Shown piece after piece: positions 27,301 to 42,127 of a DNA stretch of 64,000 bases. The first letter of the stretch is position 1. Every line of letters starts with the position of its first letter. The DNA is taken from contig OZ024745.1 in assembly GCA_964016885.1 (NCBI GenBank), positions 65,038,001-65,102,000 of the forward strand, given 5' to 3'. The DNA comes from Eledone cirrhosa. Lineage: Eukaryota. The notes under the pieces are model-generated. The model was not told where the DNA came from and did not search any database. It was given only the letters and a program-made list of their open reading frames with translations. Made by a program: the position numbers and the translations under genes.

Positions 27301-30157
27301 TATTTGGGTGATCCATTTTAATTTGGAGATCCATTTTTTGTTTAGGTGATCCATTTTATAATTGGGTGATCCATTTTTTATTTGGGGGATCCATTTTTTA
27401 TTTGGGGGATCCATTATTTATTTGGGTGATCCATTTTTTATTTGGGTGATCCATTTTTTATTTGGGTGATCCATTTTTTATTTGGGTGATCCATTTTTTA
27501 TTTGGGTGATCCATTTTTTATTTGGGGGATCCATTTTTTATTTGGGTGATCCATTTTTTATTTGGGTGATCCATTTTTTATTTGAGGGATCCATTTTATA
27601 TTTGGGTGATCCATTTTTTATATGGGTGATCCATTTTTTATTTGGGGGATCCATTTTTTATTTGGGGGATCCATTTTTTATTTGGGGGATCCATTTTTTA
27701 TTTCGGGGATCCATTTTTTATTTCGGGGATCCATTTTTTATTTGGGTGATTCATTTTTTATTTGGGGGATCCATTTTTTATTTGGGTAATCCATTTTTTT
27801 TATTTGGGGGTCCATTTTTTATTTGGGTGATCCATTTTTTATTTGGATGATCCATTTTTTAATTGGGTGATCCATTTTTATTTGGGTGATCCATTTTTTA
27901 CTTGGGGGATCCATTTTTTATTTGGGTGATCCATTTTTTATTTTGCTGATTCATTTTTTATTTGGGTGATCCATTTTTTATTTGGGGGATCCATTTTTTA
28001 TTTGGGTGAACCATTTTTTATTTGGGAGATCCATTTTTTATTTGGGTGATCCATTTTTTATTTGGGTGATCCATTTTTTATTTGGGGGATCCATTTTTTA
28101 TTTGGGTGATCCATTTTTTATTTGGGTGATCCATTTTTTATTTGGGGGATCCATTTTTTATTTGGGGGATCCATTTTTTATTTGGGTGATCCATTTTTAT
28201 TTGGAGATCCATTTTGTATTTGGGTGATCCATTTTTTAATTGGGTGATCCATTTTTTATTTGGGTGATCCATTTTTTATTTGGGTGGTCCATTTTTTATT
28301 TGGGTGATCCATTTTTTATTTGGGGGATCGATTTTTTATTTGGGTGATCCATTTTTTATTTGGGGATCCATTTTTTATTTGGGTGATCCATTTTTTATTT
28401 GGGTGATCCATTTTTTATTTGGGGGATCCATTATTTATTTGGGTGATCCATTTTTTATTTGGGTGATCCATTTTTTATTTGGGGGATCCATTTTTTATTT
28501 GGGTGATCCATTTTTTATTTGGGTGATCCATTTTTTATTTGGGGGATCCATTTTTTATTTGGGGGATCCATTTTTTATTTGGGTGATCCATTTTTATTTG
28601 GAGATCCATTTTGTATTTGGGTGATCCATTTTTAATTTGGGTGATCCATTTTTTATTTGGGGGATCCATTTTTTATTTGGGTGATCCATTTTTTATTTGG
28701 GTGATCCATTTTTTATTTGGGGATCCATTTTTTATTTGGGTGATCCATTTTTTATTTGGGTGATCCATTTTTTATTTGGGGGATACATTTTTTATTTGGG
28801 TGCTCCATTTTTTATTTGGGGGGTCCATTTTTTATTTGGGGGATCCATTTTTATTTGGGTGATCCATTTTTTATTTGGGGGATCCATTTTTTATTTGGGT
28901 GATCCCTTTTTTATTTGGGGGATCCATTTTTTATTTGGGTGATCCTTTTTTTATTTGGGGGATCCATTTTTTATTTGGGGGATTCATTTTTTATTTGGGT
29001 GATCCATTTTTTATTAGGGGGATCCATTTTTTATTTGGGTGATCCATTTTTATTTGGAGATACATTTTTTATTTAGGTGATCCATTTTATAATTGGGTGA
29101 TCCATTTTTTATTTGGGGGATCCATTTTTTATTTGGAGGATCCATTATTTATTTGGGTGATCCATTTTTTATTTGGGTGATCCATTTTTTATTTGGGTGA
29201 TCCATTTTTTATTTGGGTTGATCCCTTTTTTATTTGGGGGATCCATTTTTTATTTGGGTGATCCATTTTTTATTTTGGGGATTCATTTTTTATTTGGGTG
29301 ATCCATTTTTTATTTGGGTGATCCATTTTTTATTTGGGTGATCCATTTTTTATTTGGGTGATCCATTTTTTATTTGGGTGATCCATTTTTTATTTGAGGG
29401 ACCCATTTTATATTTGGGTGATCCATTTTTTATTTGGGTGATCCATTTTTTATTTGGGGGATCCCTTTTTTATTTGGGGGATCCATTTTTTATTTGGGGG
29501 ATCCATTTTTTATTTGGGGGATCCATTTTTTATTTCGGGGATCCATTTTTTATTTGGGTGATTCATTTTTTATTTGGGGGATCCATTTTTTATTTGGGTG
29601 ATCCATTTTTTTTATTTGGGGGTCCATTTTTTATTTGGGTGATCCATTTTTTATTTGGGTGATCCATTTTTTAATTGGGTGATCCATTTTTATTTGGGTG
29701 ATCCATTTTTTGCTTGGGGGATCCATTTTTTATTTGGGTGATCCATTTTTTATTTTGCTGATTCATTTTTTATTTGGGTGATCCATTTTTTATTTGGGGG
29801 ATCCATTTTTTATTTGGGTGAACCATATTTTATTTGGGGGGATCCATTTTTTATTTGGGTGATCCATTTTTTATTTGGGTGATCCATTTTTTATTTGGGG
29901 GATCCATTTTTTATTTGGGTGATCCATTTTTTATTTGGGGGATCCATTTTTTATTTGGGGGATTCATTTTTTATTTGGGTGATCCATTTTTTATTAGGGG
30001 GATCCATTTTTTATTTGGGTGATCCATTTTTATTTGGAGATCCATTTTTTATTTAGGTGATCCATTTTATAATTGGGTGATCCATTTTTTATTTGGGGGA
30101 TCCATTTTTTATTTGGAGGATCCATTATTTATTTGGGTGATCCATTTTTTATTTGGG
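23767..30157 (+). repeat. 6,361-bp HOR unit B, copy 3 (tandem to copy 2)
   Basis: Shares private variants with copies 1 and 2 (TTTGCGGGAT at about 8527/20286/26647, GATCGA at about 10206/21965/28326, TTGCTTGGGG at about 11590/23349/29710). The match ends at about 30158. Confidence 0.92.
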
Positions 30158-32899
30158 TGATCCATTTTTTATTTGGGTGATCCATTTTTTATTTGGGTTG
30201 ATCCCTTTTTTATTTGGGGGATCCATTTTTTATTTGGGTGATCCATTTTTTATTTTGGGGATCCATTTTTTATTTGGGTGATCCATTTTTTATTTGGGTG
30301 ATCCATTTTTTATTTGGGGGATCCATTTTTTATTTGGGTGATCCATTTTTTATTTGGGTGATCCATTTTTTATTTGAGGGACCCATTTTATATTTGGGTG
30401 ATCCATTTTTTATTTGGGTGATCCATTTTTTATTTGGGAGATCCATTTTTTATTTGGGGGATCCATTTTTATTTGGGGGATCCATTTTTTATTTGGGGGA
30501 TCCATTTTTTATTTCGGGGATCCATTTTTTATTTGGGTGATTCATTTTTTATTTGGGGGATCCATTTTTTATTTGGGTGATCCATTTTTTTTATTTGGGG
30601 GTCCATTTTTTATTTGGGTGATCCATTTTTTATTTGGGTGATCCATTTTTTAATTGGGTGATCCATTTTTATTTGGGTGATCCATTTTTTACTTGGGGGA
30701 TCCATTTTTTATTTGGGTGATCCATTTTTTATTTTGCTGATTCATTTTTTATTTGGGTGATCCATTTTTTATTTGGGGGATCCATTTTTTATTTGGGTGA
30801 ACCATTTTTTATTTGGGGGATCCATTTTTTATTTGGGTGATCCATTTTTTATTTGGGTGATCCATTTTTTATTTGGGGGATCCATTTTTTATTTGGGTGA
30901 TCCATTTTTTATTTGGGTGATCCATTTTTTATTTGGGGGATCCATTTTTTATTTGGGGGATCCATTTTTTATTTGGGTGATCCATTTTTATTTGGAGATC
31001 CATTTTGTATTTGGGTGATCCATTTTGTATTTGGGGGATCCATTTTTTAATTGGGTGATCCATTTTTTATTTGGGGGATCCATTTTTTATTTGGGAGATC
31101 CATTTTTTATTTGGGGGATCCATTGTTTATTTGGGTGATCCATTTTTTATTTGGGTGATCCATTTTTTATTTGGGGGATCCATTTTTTATTTGGGTGATC
31201 CATTTTTTATTTGGGTGATCCATTTTTTATTTGGGTGATCCATTTTTTATTTGTGGGATCCATTTTTTATTTGGGTGATCCATTTTTTATTTGGGGGATC
31301 CTTTTTTTATTTGGGTGATCCATTTTTTATTTGGGTGATCCATTTTTTATTTGGGGGATCCATTTTTTATTTGGGTGATCCATTTTTTATTTGCGTGATA
31401 CATTTTTTATTTGGGGGATCCATTTTTTATTTGGGTGATCCATTTTTTATTTGGGGGATCCATTTTTTATTTGGGTGATCCATTTTTTATTTGGGGGGAT
31501 CCATTTTTTATTTGGGTGATCCATTTTTTATTTGGGGGATCCATTTTTTATTTGGGTGATCCATTTTTTATTTGGGGGATCCATTTTTTATTTGGGTGAT
31601 CCATTTTTTATTTGGGTGATCCATTTTTTAATTGGGTGATCCATTTTTTATTTGGGGGATGCATTTTTTATTTGGGTGATCCATTTTTTAGTTGGGTGGT
31701 CCATTTTTTATTTGGGTGATCCATTCTTTATTTGGGGGATCCATTTTTTATTTGGGTGATCCATTTTTTATTTGGGGATCCATTTTTTATTTGGGTGATC
31801 CATTTTTTATTTGGGTGATCCATTTTTTATTTGGGGGATCCATTTTTTATTTGGGTGATTCATTTTTTATTTGGGGGGTCCATTTTTTATTTGGGGGATC
31901 CATTTTTATTTGGGTGATCCATTTTTTATTTGGGGGATCCATTTTTTATTTGGGTGATCCATTTTTTATTTGGGTTGATCCCTTTTTTATTTGGGGGATC
32001 CATTTTTTATTTGGGTGATCCATTTTTTATTTGGAGGATCCACTTTTTATTTGGGTGATCCATTTTTTATTTGAGGGATCCATTTTATATTTGGGTGATC
32101 CATTTTTTATTTGGGGGATCCATTATTTATTTGGGTGATCCATTTTTTATTTGGGTGATCCATTTTTTATTTGGGTGATCCATTTTTTATTTGGGTGATC
32201 CATTTTTTATTTGGGGGATCCATTTTTTATTTGGGTGATCCATTTTTTATTTGGGTGATCCATTTTTTATTTGGGGGATCCATTTTTTATTTGGGTGATC
32301 CATTTTTTATTTGGGGGATCCATTTTTTATTTGGGGGATCCATTTTTTATTTGGGTGATCCATTTTTTATATGGGTGATCCATTTTTTATTTGGGGGGAT
32401 CCATTTTTAATTTGGGTGATCCATTTTTTATTTGGGGGATCCATTTTTTATTTGGGTGATCCATTTTTTATTTGGGGGATCCATTTTTTATTTGGGTGAT
32501 CCATTTTTTATTTGGGTGATCAATTTTTTAATTGGGTGATCCATTTTTTATTTGGGGGATCCATTTTTTATTTGGGTGATCCATTTTTTAGTTGGGTGGT
32601 CCATTTTTTATTTGGGTGATCCATTTTTTATTTGGGGGATCCATTTTTTATTTGGGTGATCCATTTTTTATTTGGGTGATCCATTTTTTATTTGGGGGAT
32701 CCATTTTTTATTTGGGTGATCCATTTTTTATTTGGGGATCCATTTTTTGTTTGGGTGATCCATTTTTTATTTGGGTGATCCATTTTTTATTTGGGGGATC
32801 CATTTTTTATTTGGGTGATCCATTTTTTATTTGGGGGTCCATTTTTTATTTGGGGGATCCATTTTTATTTGGGTGATCCATATTTTATTTGGGGGATCC

Positions 32900-35800
32900 A
32901 TTTTTTATTTGGGTGATCCATTTTTTATTTGGGTTGATCCCTTTTTTATTTGGGGGATCCATTTTTTATTTGGGTGATCCATTTTTTATTTGGGGGATCC
33001 ATTTTTTATTTGGGGGATCCATTTTTTATTTGGTTGATCCATTTTTTATTAGGGGGATCCATTTTTTATTTGGGTGATCCATTTTAATTTGGAGATCCAT
33101 TTTTTGTTTAGGTGATCCATTTTATAATTGGGTGATCCATTTTTTATTTGGGGGATCCATTTTTTATTTGGGGGATCCATTTTTTATTTGGGTGATCCAT
33201 TTTTTATTTTGCTGATTCATTTTTTATTTGGGTGATCCATTTTTTATTTGGGGGATCCATTTTTTATTTGGGTGAACCATTTTTTATTTGGGAGATCCAT
33301 TTTTTATTTGGGTGATCCATTTTTTATTTGGGTGATCCATTTTTTATTTGGGGGATCCATTTTTTATTTGGGTGATCCATTTTTTATTTGGGTGATCCAT
33401 TTTTTATTTGGGGGATCCATTTTTTATTTGGGGGATCCATTTTTTATTTGGGTGATCCATTTTTTATTTGGGTGATCCATTTTTTATTTGGGGGATACAT
33501 TTTTTATTTGGGTGATCCATTTTTTATTTGGGGGGGTCCATTTTTTATTTGGGGGATCCATTTTTTATTTGGGTGATCCATTTTTTATTTGGGGGATCCA
33601 TTTTTTATTTGGGGGATTCATTTTTTATTTGGGTGATCCATTTTTTATTAGGGGGATCCATTTTTTATTTGGGTGATCCATTTTTATTTGGAGATCCATT
33701 TTTTATTTAGGTGATCCATTTTATAATTGGGTGATCCATTTTTTATTTGGGGGATCCATTTTTTATTTGGGGGATCCATTATTTATTTGGGTGATCCATT
33801 TTTTATTTGGGTGATCCATTTTTTATTTGGGTGATCCATTTTTTATTTGGGTGATCCATTTTTTATTTGGGTGATCCATTTTTTATTTGGGGGATCCATT
33901 TTTTATTTGGGTGATCCATTTTTTATTTGGGGGATCCATTTTTTATTTGGGTGATCCATTTTTTATTTGGGGGATCCATTTTTTATTTCGGGGATCCATT
34001 TTTTATTTGGGTGATTCATTTTTTATTTGGGGGATCCATTTTTTATTTTGGGTGATCCATTTTTTATTAGGGGGATCCATTTTTTATTTGGGTGATCCAT
34101 TTTTATTTGTAGATCCATTTTTTATTTGGGTGATCCATTTTTTAATTGGATGATCCATTTTTTATTTGGGGGATCCATTTTTTAATTGGGGGATCCATTA
34201 TTTATTTGGGTGATCCATTTTTTATTTGGGTGATCCATTTTTTATTCCGGGGATCCATTTTTTATTTGGGTGATCCATTTTTTATTTGGGTGATCCATTT
34301 TTTAATTGGGGATCCATTTTTTATTTAGTTGATCCATTTTTTAATTGGGTGATGCATTTTTTATTTGGGGGATCCATTTTTTATTTGGGGGATCCATTTT
34401 TTATTTGGGGGATCCATTGTTTATTTGGGTGATCCATTTTTTATTTGGGTGATCCATTTTTTATTTGGGGGATCCATTTTGTATTTGGGTGATCCATTTT
34501 TTATTTGGGTGATCCATTTTTTATTTGGGTGATCCATTTTTTATTTGTGGGATCCATTTTTTATTTGGGTGATCCATTTTTTATTTGAGGGATCCTTTTT
34601 TTATTTGGGTGATCCATTTTTTATTTGGGTGATGCATTTTTTATTTGGGGGATCCATTTTTTATTTGGGTGATCCATTTTTTATTTGGGTGATCCATTTT
34701 TTATTTGGGGGATCCATTTTTTATTTGGGTGATCCATTTTTTATTTGGGGGATCCATTTTTTATTTGGGGGATCCATTTTTTATTTGGGTGATCCATTTT
34801 TTATATGGGTGATCCATTTTTTATTTGGGGGGATCCATTTTTAATTTGGGTGATCCATTTTTTATTTGGGGGATCCATTTTTTATTTGGGTGATCCATTG
34901 TTTATTTGGGGGATCCATTTTTTATTTGGGTGATCCATTTTTTATTTGGGTGATCCATTTTTTAATTGGGTGATCCATTTTTTATTTGGGGGATCCATTT
35001 TTTATTTGGGTGATCCATTTTTTAGTTGGGTGGTCCATTTTTTATTTGGGTGATCCATTTTTTATTTGGGGGATCCATTTTTTATTTGGGTGATCCATTT
35101 TTTATTTGGGGATCCATTTTTTATTTGGGTGATCCATTTTTTATTTGGGTGATCCATTTTTTATTTGGGGGATCCATTTTTTATTTGGGTGATTCATTTT
35201 TTAATTGGGGGGTCCATTTTTTATTTGGGGGATCCATTTTTATTTGGGTGATCCATTTTTTATTTGGGGGATCCATTTTTTATTTGGGTGATCCATTTTT
35301 TATTTGGGTTGATCCCTTTTTTATTTGGGGGATCCATTTTTTATTTGGGTGATCCATTTTTTATTTGGGGGATCCATTTTTTATTTGGGTGATCCATTTT
35401 TTATTTGCGGGATCCATTTTATATTTGGGTGATCCATTTTTTATTTGGGGGATCCATTATTTATTTGGGTGATCCATTTTTTATTTGGGTGATCCATTTT
35501 TTATTTGGGTGATCCATTTTTTATTTGGGTGATCCATTTTTTATTTGGGGATCCATTTTTTATTTGGGTGATCCATTTTTTATTTGGGTTGATCCCTTTT
35601 TTATTTGGGGGATCCATTTTTTATTTGGGTGATCCATTTTTTATTTGGGGGATCCATTTTTTATTTGGGGGATCCATTTTTTATTTGGTTGATCCATTTT
35701 TTATTAGGGGGATCCATTTTTTATTTGGGTGATCCATTTTAATTTGGAGATCCATTTTTTGTTTAGGTGATCCATTTTATAATTGGGTGATCCATTTTTT

Positions 35801-38470
35801 ATTTGGGGGATCCATTTTTTATTTGGGGGATCCATTTTTTATTTGGGTGATCCATTTTTTATTTTGCTGATTCATTTTTTATTTGGGTGATCCATTTTTT
35901 ATTTGGGGGATCCATTTTTTATTTGGGTGAACCATTTTTTATTTGGGAGATCCATTTTTTATTTGGGTGATCCATTTTTTATTTGGGTGATCCATTTTTT
36001 ATTTGGGGGATCCATTTTTTATTTGGGTGATCCATTTTTTATTTGGGGGATCCATTTTTTATTTGGGGGATCCATTTTTTATTTGGGGGATCCATTTTTT
36101 ATTTGGGTGATCCATTTTTATTTGGAGATCCATTTTGTATTTGGGTGATCCATTTTTTAATTGGGTGATCCATTTTTTATTTGGGTGATCCATTTTTTAT
36201 TTGGGGGATCCATTTTTTATTTGGGTGATCCATTTTTTATTTGGGTGGTCCATTTTTTATTTGGGTGATTCATTTTTTATTTGGGGGATCCATTTTTTAT
36301 TTGGGTGATCCATTTTTTATTTGGGGATCCATTTTTTATTTGGGTGATCCATTTTTTATTTGGGTGATCCATTTTTTATTTGGGGGATACATTTTTTATT
36401 TGGGTGATCCATTTTTTATTTGGGGGGGTCCATTTTTTATTTGGGGGATCCATTTTTTATTTGGGTGATCCATTTTTTATTTGGGGGATCCATTTTTTAT
36501 TTGGGGGATTCATTTTTTATTTGGGTGATCCATTTTTTATTAGGGGGATCCATTTTTTATTTGGGTGATCCATTTTTATTTGGAGATCCATTTTTTATTT
36601 AGGTGATCCATTTTATAATTGGGTGATCCATTTTTTATTTGGGGGATCCATTTTTTATTTGGGGGATCCATTATTTATTTGGGTGATCCATTTTTTATTT
36701 GGGTGATCCATTTTTTATTTGGGTGATCCATTTTTTATTTGGGTGATCCATTTTTTATTTGGGTGATCCATTTTTTATTTGGGAGATCCATTTTTTATTT
36801 GGGTGATCCATTTTTTATTTGGGGGATCCATTTTTTATTTGGCTGATCCATTTTTTATTTGGGGGATCCATTTTTTATTTCGGGGATCCATTTTTTATTT
36901 GGGTGATTCATTTTTTATTTGGGGGATCCATTTTTTATTTTGGGTGATCCATTTTTTATTAGGGGGATCCATTTTTTATTTGGGTGATCCATTTTTATTT
37001 GTAGATCCATTTTTTATTTGGGTGATCCATTTTTTAATTGGATGATCCATTTTTTATTTGGCGGATCCATTTTTTAATTGGGGGATCCATTATTTATTTG
37101 GGTGATCCATTTTTTATTTGGGTGATCCATTTTTTATTCGGGGGATCCATTTTTTATTTGGGTGATCCATTTTTTATTTGGGTGATCCATTTTTTAATTG
37201 GGGATCCATTTTTTATTTAGTTGATCCATTTTTTAATTGGGTGATGCATTTTTTATTTGTGGGATCCATTTTTTATTTGGGGGATCCATTTTTTATTTGG
37301 GGGATCCATTGTTTATTTGGGTGATCCATTTTTTATTTGGGTGATCCATTTTTTATTTGGGGGATCCATTTTGTATTTGGGTGATCCATTTTTTATTTGG
37401 GTGATCCATTTTTTATTTGGGTGATCCATTTTTTATTTGTGGGATCCATTTTTTATTTGGGTGATCCATTTTTTATTTGAGGGATCCTTTTTTTATTTGG
37501 GTGATCCATTTTTTATTTGGGTGATGCATTTTTTATTTGAGGGATCCATTTTTTATTTGGGTGATCCATTTTTTATTTGGGTGATCCATTTTTTATTTGG
37601 GGGATCCATTTTTTATTTGGGTGATCCATTTTTTATTTGGGGGATCCATTTTTTATTTGGGGGATCCATTTTTTATTTGGGTGATCCATTTTTTATATGG
37701 GTGATCCATTTTTTATTTGGGGGGATCCATTTTTAATTTGGGTGATCCATTTTTTATTTGGGGGATCCATTTTTTATTTGGGTGATCCATTTTTTATTTG
37801 GGGGATCCATTTTTTATTTGGGTGATCCATTTTTTATTTGGGTGATCCATTTTTTAATTGGGTGATCCATTTTTTATTTGGGGGATCCATTTTTTATTTG
37901 GGTGATCCATTTTTTAGTTGGGTGGTCCATTTTTTATTTGGGTGATCCATTTTTTATTTGGGGGATCCATTTTTTATTTGGGTGATCCATTTTTTATTTG
38001 GGGATCCATTTTTTATTTGGGTGATCCATTTTTTATTTGGGTGATCCATTTTTTATTTGGGGGATCCATTTTTTATTTGGGTGATTCATTTTTTAATTGG
38101 GGGGTCCATTTTTTATTTGGGGGATCCATTTTTATTTGGGTGATCCATTTTTTATTTGGGGGATCCATTTTTTATTTGGGTGATCCATTTTTTATTTGGG
38201 TTGATCCCTTTTTTATTTGGGGGATCCATTTTTTATTTGGGTGATCCATTTTTTATTTGGGGGATACATTTTTTATTTGGGTGATCCATTTTTTATTTGA
38301 GGGATCCATTTTATATTTGGGTGATCCATTTTTTATTTGGGGGATCCATTATTTATTTGGGTGATCCATTTTTTATTTGGGTGATCCATTTTTTATTTGG
38401 GTGATCCATTTTTTATTTGGGTGATCCATTTTTTATTTGGGGATCCATTTTTTATTTGGGTGATCCATTT
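32900..38470 (+). repeat. About 2.7-2.9-kb diverged tandem duplication with a ~237-bp indel
   Basis: Offset 2655 (33248/35903), then 2892 (33488/36380, 33887/36779, 34146/37038, 34545/37437, 35026/37918). The copies differ by several private substitutions. Confidence 0.82.
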
Positions 38471-40183
38471 TTTATTTGGGTGATCCATTTTTTATTTGGG
38501 GGATCCATTTTTTATTTGGGTGATCCATTTTTTATTTGGGGATCCATTTTTTATTTGGGTGATCCATTTTTTATTTGGGTGATCCATTTTTTATTTGGGG
38601 GATCCATTTTTTATTTGGGTGATCCATTTTTTATTTGTGGGTCCATTTTTTATTTGGGGGATCCATTTTTATTTGGGTGATCCATTTTTTATTTGGGGGA
38701 TCCATTTTTTATTTGAGTGATCCATTTTTTATTTGGGTTGATCCCTTTTTTATTTGGGGGATCCATTTTTTATTTGGGTGATCCATTTTTTATTTGGGGG
38801 ATCCATTTTTTATTTGGGGGATCCATTTTTTATTTGGTTAATCCATTTTTTATTAGGGGGATCCATATTTTATTTGGGTGATCCATTTTAATTTGGAGAT
38901 CCATTTTTTGTTTAGGTGATCCATTTTATAATTGGGTGATCCATTTTTTATTTGAGGGATCCATTTTATATTTGGGTGATCCATTTTTTATATGGGTGAT
39001 CCATTTTTTATTTGGGGGATCCATTTTTTATTTGGGGGATCCATTTTTTATTTGGGGGATCCATTTTTTATTTGGGGGATCCATTTTTTATTTCGGGGAT
39101 CCATTTTTTATTTGGGTGATTCATTTTTTATTTGGGGGATCCATTTTTTATTTGGGTGATCCATTTTTTATTTGGATGATCCATTTTTTAATTGGGTGAT
39201 CCATTTTTATTTGGATGATCCATTTTTTACTTGGGGGATCCATTTTTTATTTGGGTGATCCATTTTTTATTTTGCTGATTCATTTTTTATTTGGGTGATC
39301 CATTTTTTATTTGGGGGATCCATTTTTTATTTGGGTGAACCATTTTTTATTTGGGAGATCCATTTTTTATTTGGGTGATCCATTTTTTATTTGGGTGATC
39401 CATTTTTTATTTGGGGGATCCATTTTTTATTTGGGTGATCCATTTTTTATTTGGGTGATCCATTTTTTATTTGGGGGATCCATTTTTTATTTGGGGGATC
39501 CATTTTTTATTTGGGTGATCCATTTTTATTTGGAGATCCATTTTGTATTTGGGTGATCCATTTTTTAATTGGGTGATCCATTTTTTATTTGGGTGATCCA
39601 TTTTTTATTTGGGTGGTCCATTTTTTATTTGGGTGATCCATTTTTTATTTGGGGGATCCATTTTTTATTTGGGTGATCCATTTTTATTTGGGGATCCATT
39701 TTTTATTTGGGTGATCCATTTTTTATTTGGGTGATCCATTTTTTATTTGGGGGATCCATTTTTTATTTGGGTGATCCATTTTTTATTTGGGGGGGTCCAT
39801 TTTTTATTTGGGGGATCCATTTTTATTTGGGTGATCCATTTTTTATTTGGGGGATCCATTTTTTATTTGGGTGATCCCTTTTTTATTTGGGGGATCCATT
39901 TTTTATTTGGGTGATCCATTTTTTATTTGGGGGATCCATTTTTTATTTGGGGGATTCATTTTTTATTTGGGTGATCCATTTTTTATTAGGGGGATCCATT
40001 TTTTATTTGGGTGATCCATTTTTATTTGGAGATCCATTTTTTATTTAGGTGAACCATTTTATAATTGGGTGATCCATTTTTTATTTGGGGGATCCATTTT
40101 TTATTTGGGGGATCCATTATTTATTTGGGTGATCCATTTTTTATTTGGGTGATCCATTTTTTATTTGGGTGATCCATTTTTTA

Positions 40184-42127
40184 TTTGGGTGATCCATTTT
40201 TTATTTGGGTGATCCATTTTTTATTTGGGGGATCCATTTTTTATTTGGGTGATCCATTTTTTATTTGGGGGATCCATTTTTTATTTGGGTGATCCATTTT
40301 TTATTTGGGGGATCCATTTTTTATTTCGGGGATCCATTTTTTATTTGGGTGATTCATTTTTTATTTGGGGGATCCATTATTTATTTTGGGTGATCCATTT
40401 TTTATTAGGGGGATCCATTTTTTATTTGGGTGATCCATTTTTATTTGTAGATCCATTTTTTATTTGGGTGATCCATTTTTTAATTGGATGATCCATTTTT
40501 TATTTGGGGGATCCATTTTTTATTTGGGGGATCCATTATTTATTTGGGTGATCCATTTTTTATTTGGGTGATCCATTTTTTATTCGGGGGATCCATTTTT
40601 TATTTGGGTGATCCATTTTTTATTTGGGTGATCCATTTTTTAATTGGGGATCCATTTTTTATTTAGTTGATCCATTTTTTAATTGGGTGATGCATTTTTT
40701 ATTTGGGGGATCCATTTTTTATTTGGGGGATCCATTGTTTATTTGGGTGATCCATTTTTTATTTGGGTGATCCATTTTTTATTTGGGGGATCCATTTTGT
40801 ATTTGGGTGATCCATTTTTTATTTGGGTGATCCATTTTTTATTTGTGGGATCCATTTTTTATTTGGGTGATCCATTTTTTATTTGGGGGATCCTTTTTTT
40901 ATTTGGGTGATCCATTTTTTATTTGGGTGATCCATTTTTTATTTGGGGGATCCATTTTTTATTTGGGTGATCCATTTTTTATTTGGGTGATCCATTTTTT
41001 ATTTGGGGGATCCATTTTTTATTTGGGTGATCCATTTTTTATTTGGGGGATCCATTTTTTATTTGGGGGATCCATTTTTTATTTGGGTGATCCATTTTTT
41101 ATATGGGTGATCCATTTTTAATTTGGGGGGATCCATTTTTAATTTGGGTGATCCATTTTTTATTTGGGTGATCCATTTTTTATTTGGGGGATCCATTTTT
41201 TATTTGGGTGATCCATTTTTTATTTGGGGGATCCATTTTTTATTTGGGTGATCCATTTTTTATTTGGGGGATCCATTTTTTATTTCGGGGATCCATTTTT
41301 TATTTGGGTGATTCATTTTTTATTTGGGGGATCCATTATTTATTTTGGGTGATCCATTTTTTATTAGGGGGATCCATTTTTTATTTGGGTGATCCATTTT
41401 TATTTGTAGATCCATTTTTTATTTGGGTGATCCATTTTTTAATTGGATGATCCATTTTTTATTTGGGGGATCCATTTTTTATTTGGGGGATCCATTATTT
41501 ATTTGGGTGATCCATTTTTTATTTGGGTGATCCATTTTTTATTCGGGGGATCCATTTTTTATTTGGGTGATCCATTTTTTATTTGGGTGATCCATTTTTT
41601 AATTGGGGATCCATTTTTTATTTAGTTGATCCATTTTTTAATTGGGTGATGCATTTTTTATTTGGGGGATCCATTTTTTATTTGGGGGATCCATTGTTTA
41701 TTTGGGTGATCCATTTTTTATTTGGGTGATCCATTTTTTATTTGGGGGATCCATTTTGTATTTGGGTGATCCATTTTTTATTTGGGTGATCCATTTTTTA
41801 TTTGTGGGATCCATTTTTTATTTGGGTGATCCATTTTTTATTTGGGGGATCCTTTTTTTATTTGGGTGATCCATTTTTTATTTGGGTGATCCATTTTTTA
41901 TTTGGGGGATCCATTTTTTATTTGGGTGATCCATTTTTTATTTGGGTGATCCATTTTTTATTTGGGGGATCCATTTTTTATTTGGGTGATCCATTTTTTA
42001 TTTGGGGGATCCATTTTTTATTTGGGGGATCCATTTTTTATTTGGGTGATCCATTTTTTATATGGGTGATCCATTTTTAATTTGGGGGGATCCATTTTTA
42101 ATTTGGGTGATCCATTTTTTATTTGGG
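40184..42127 (+). repeat. 959-bp tandem duplication (48 monomers minus 1 bp)
   Basis: Four consecutive ORF pairs have identical translations at offset 959 (40225/41184, 40484/41443, 40683/41642, 40843/41802). The variant CCATTATTTATTTTGGG is present in both copies. Confidence 0.92.
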
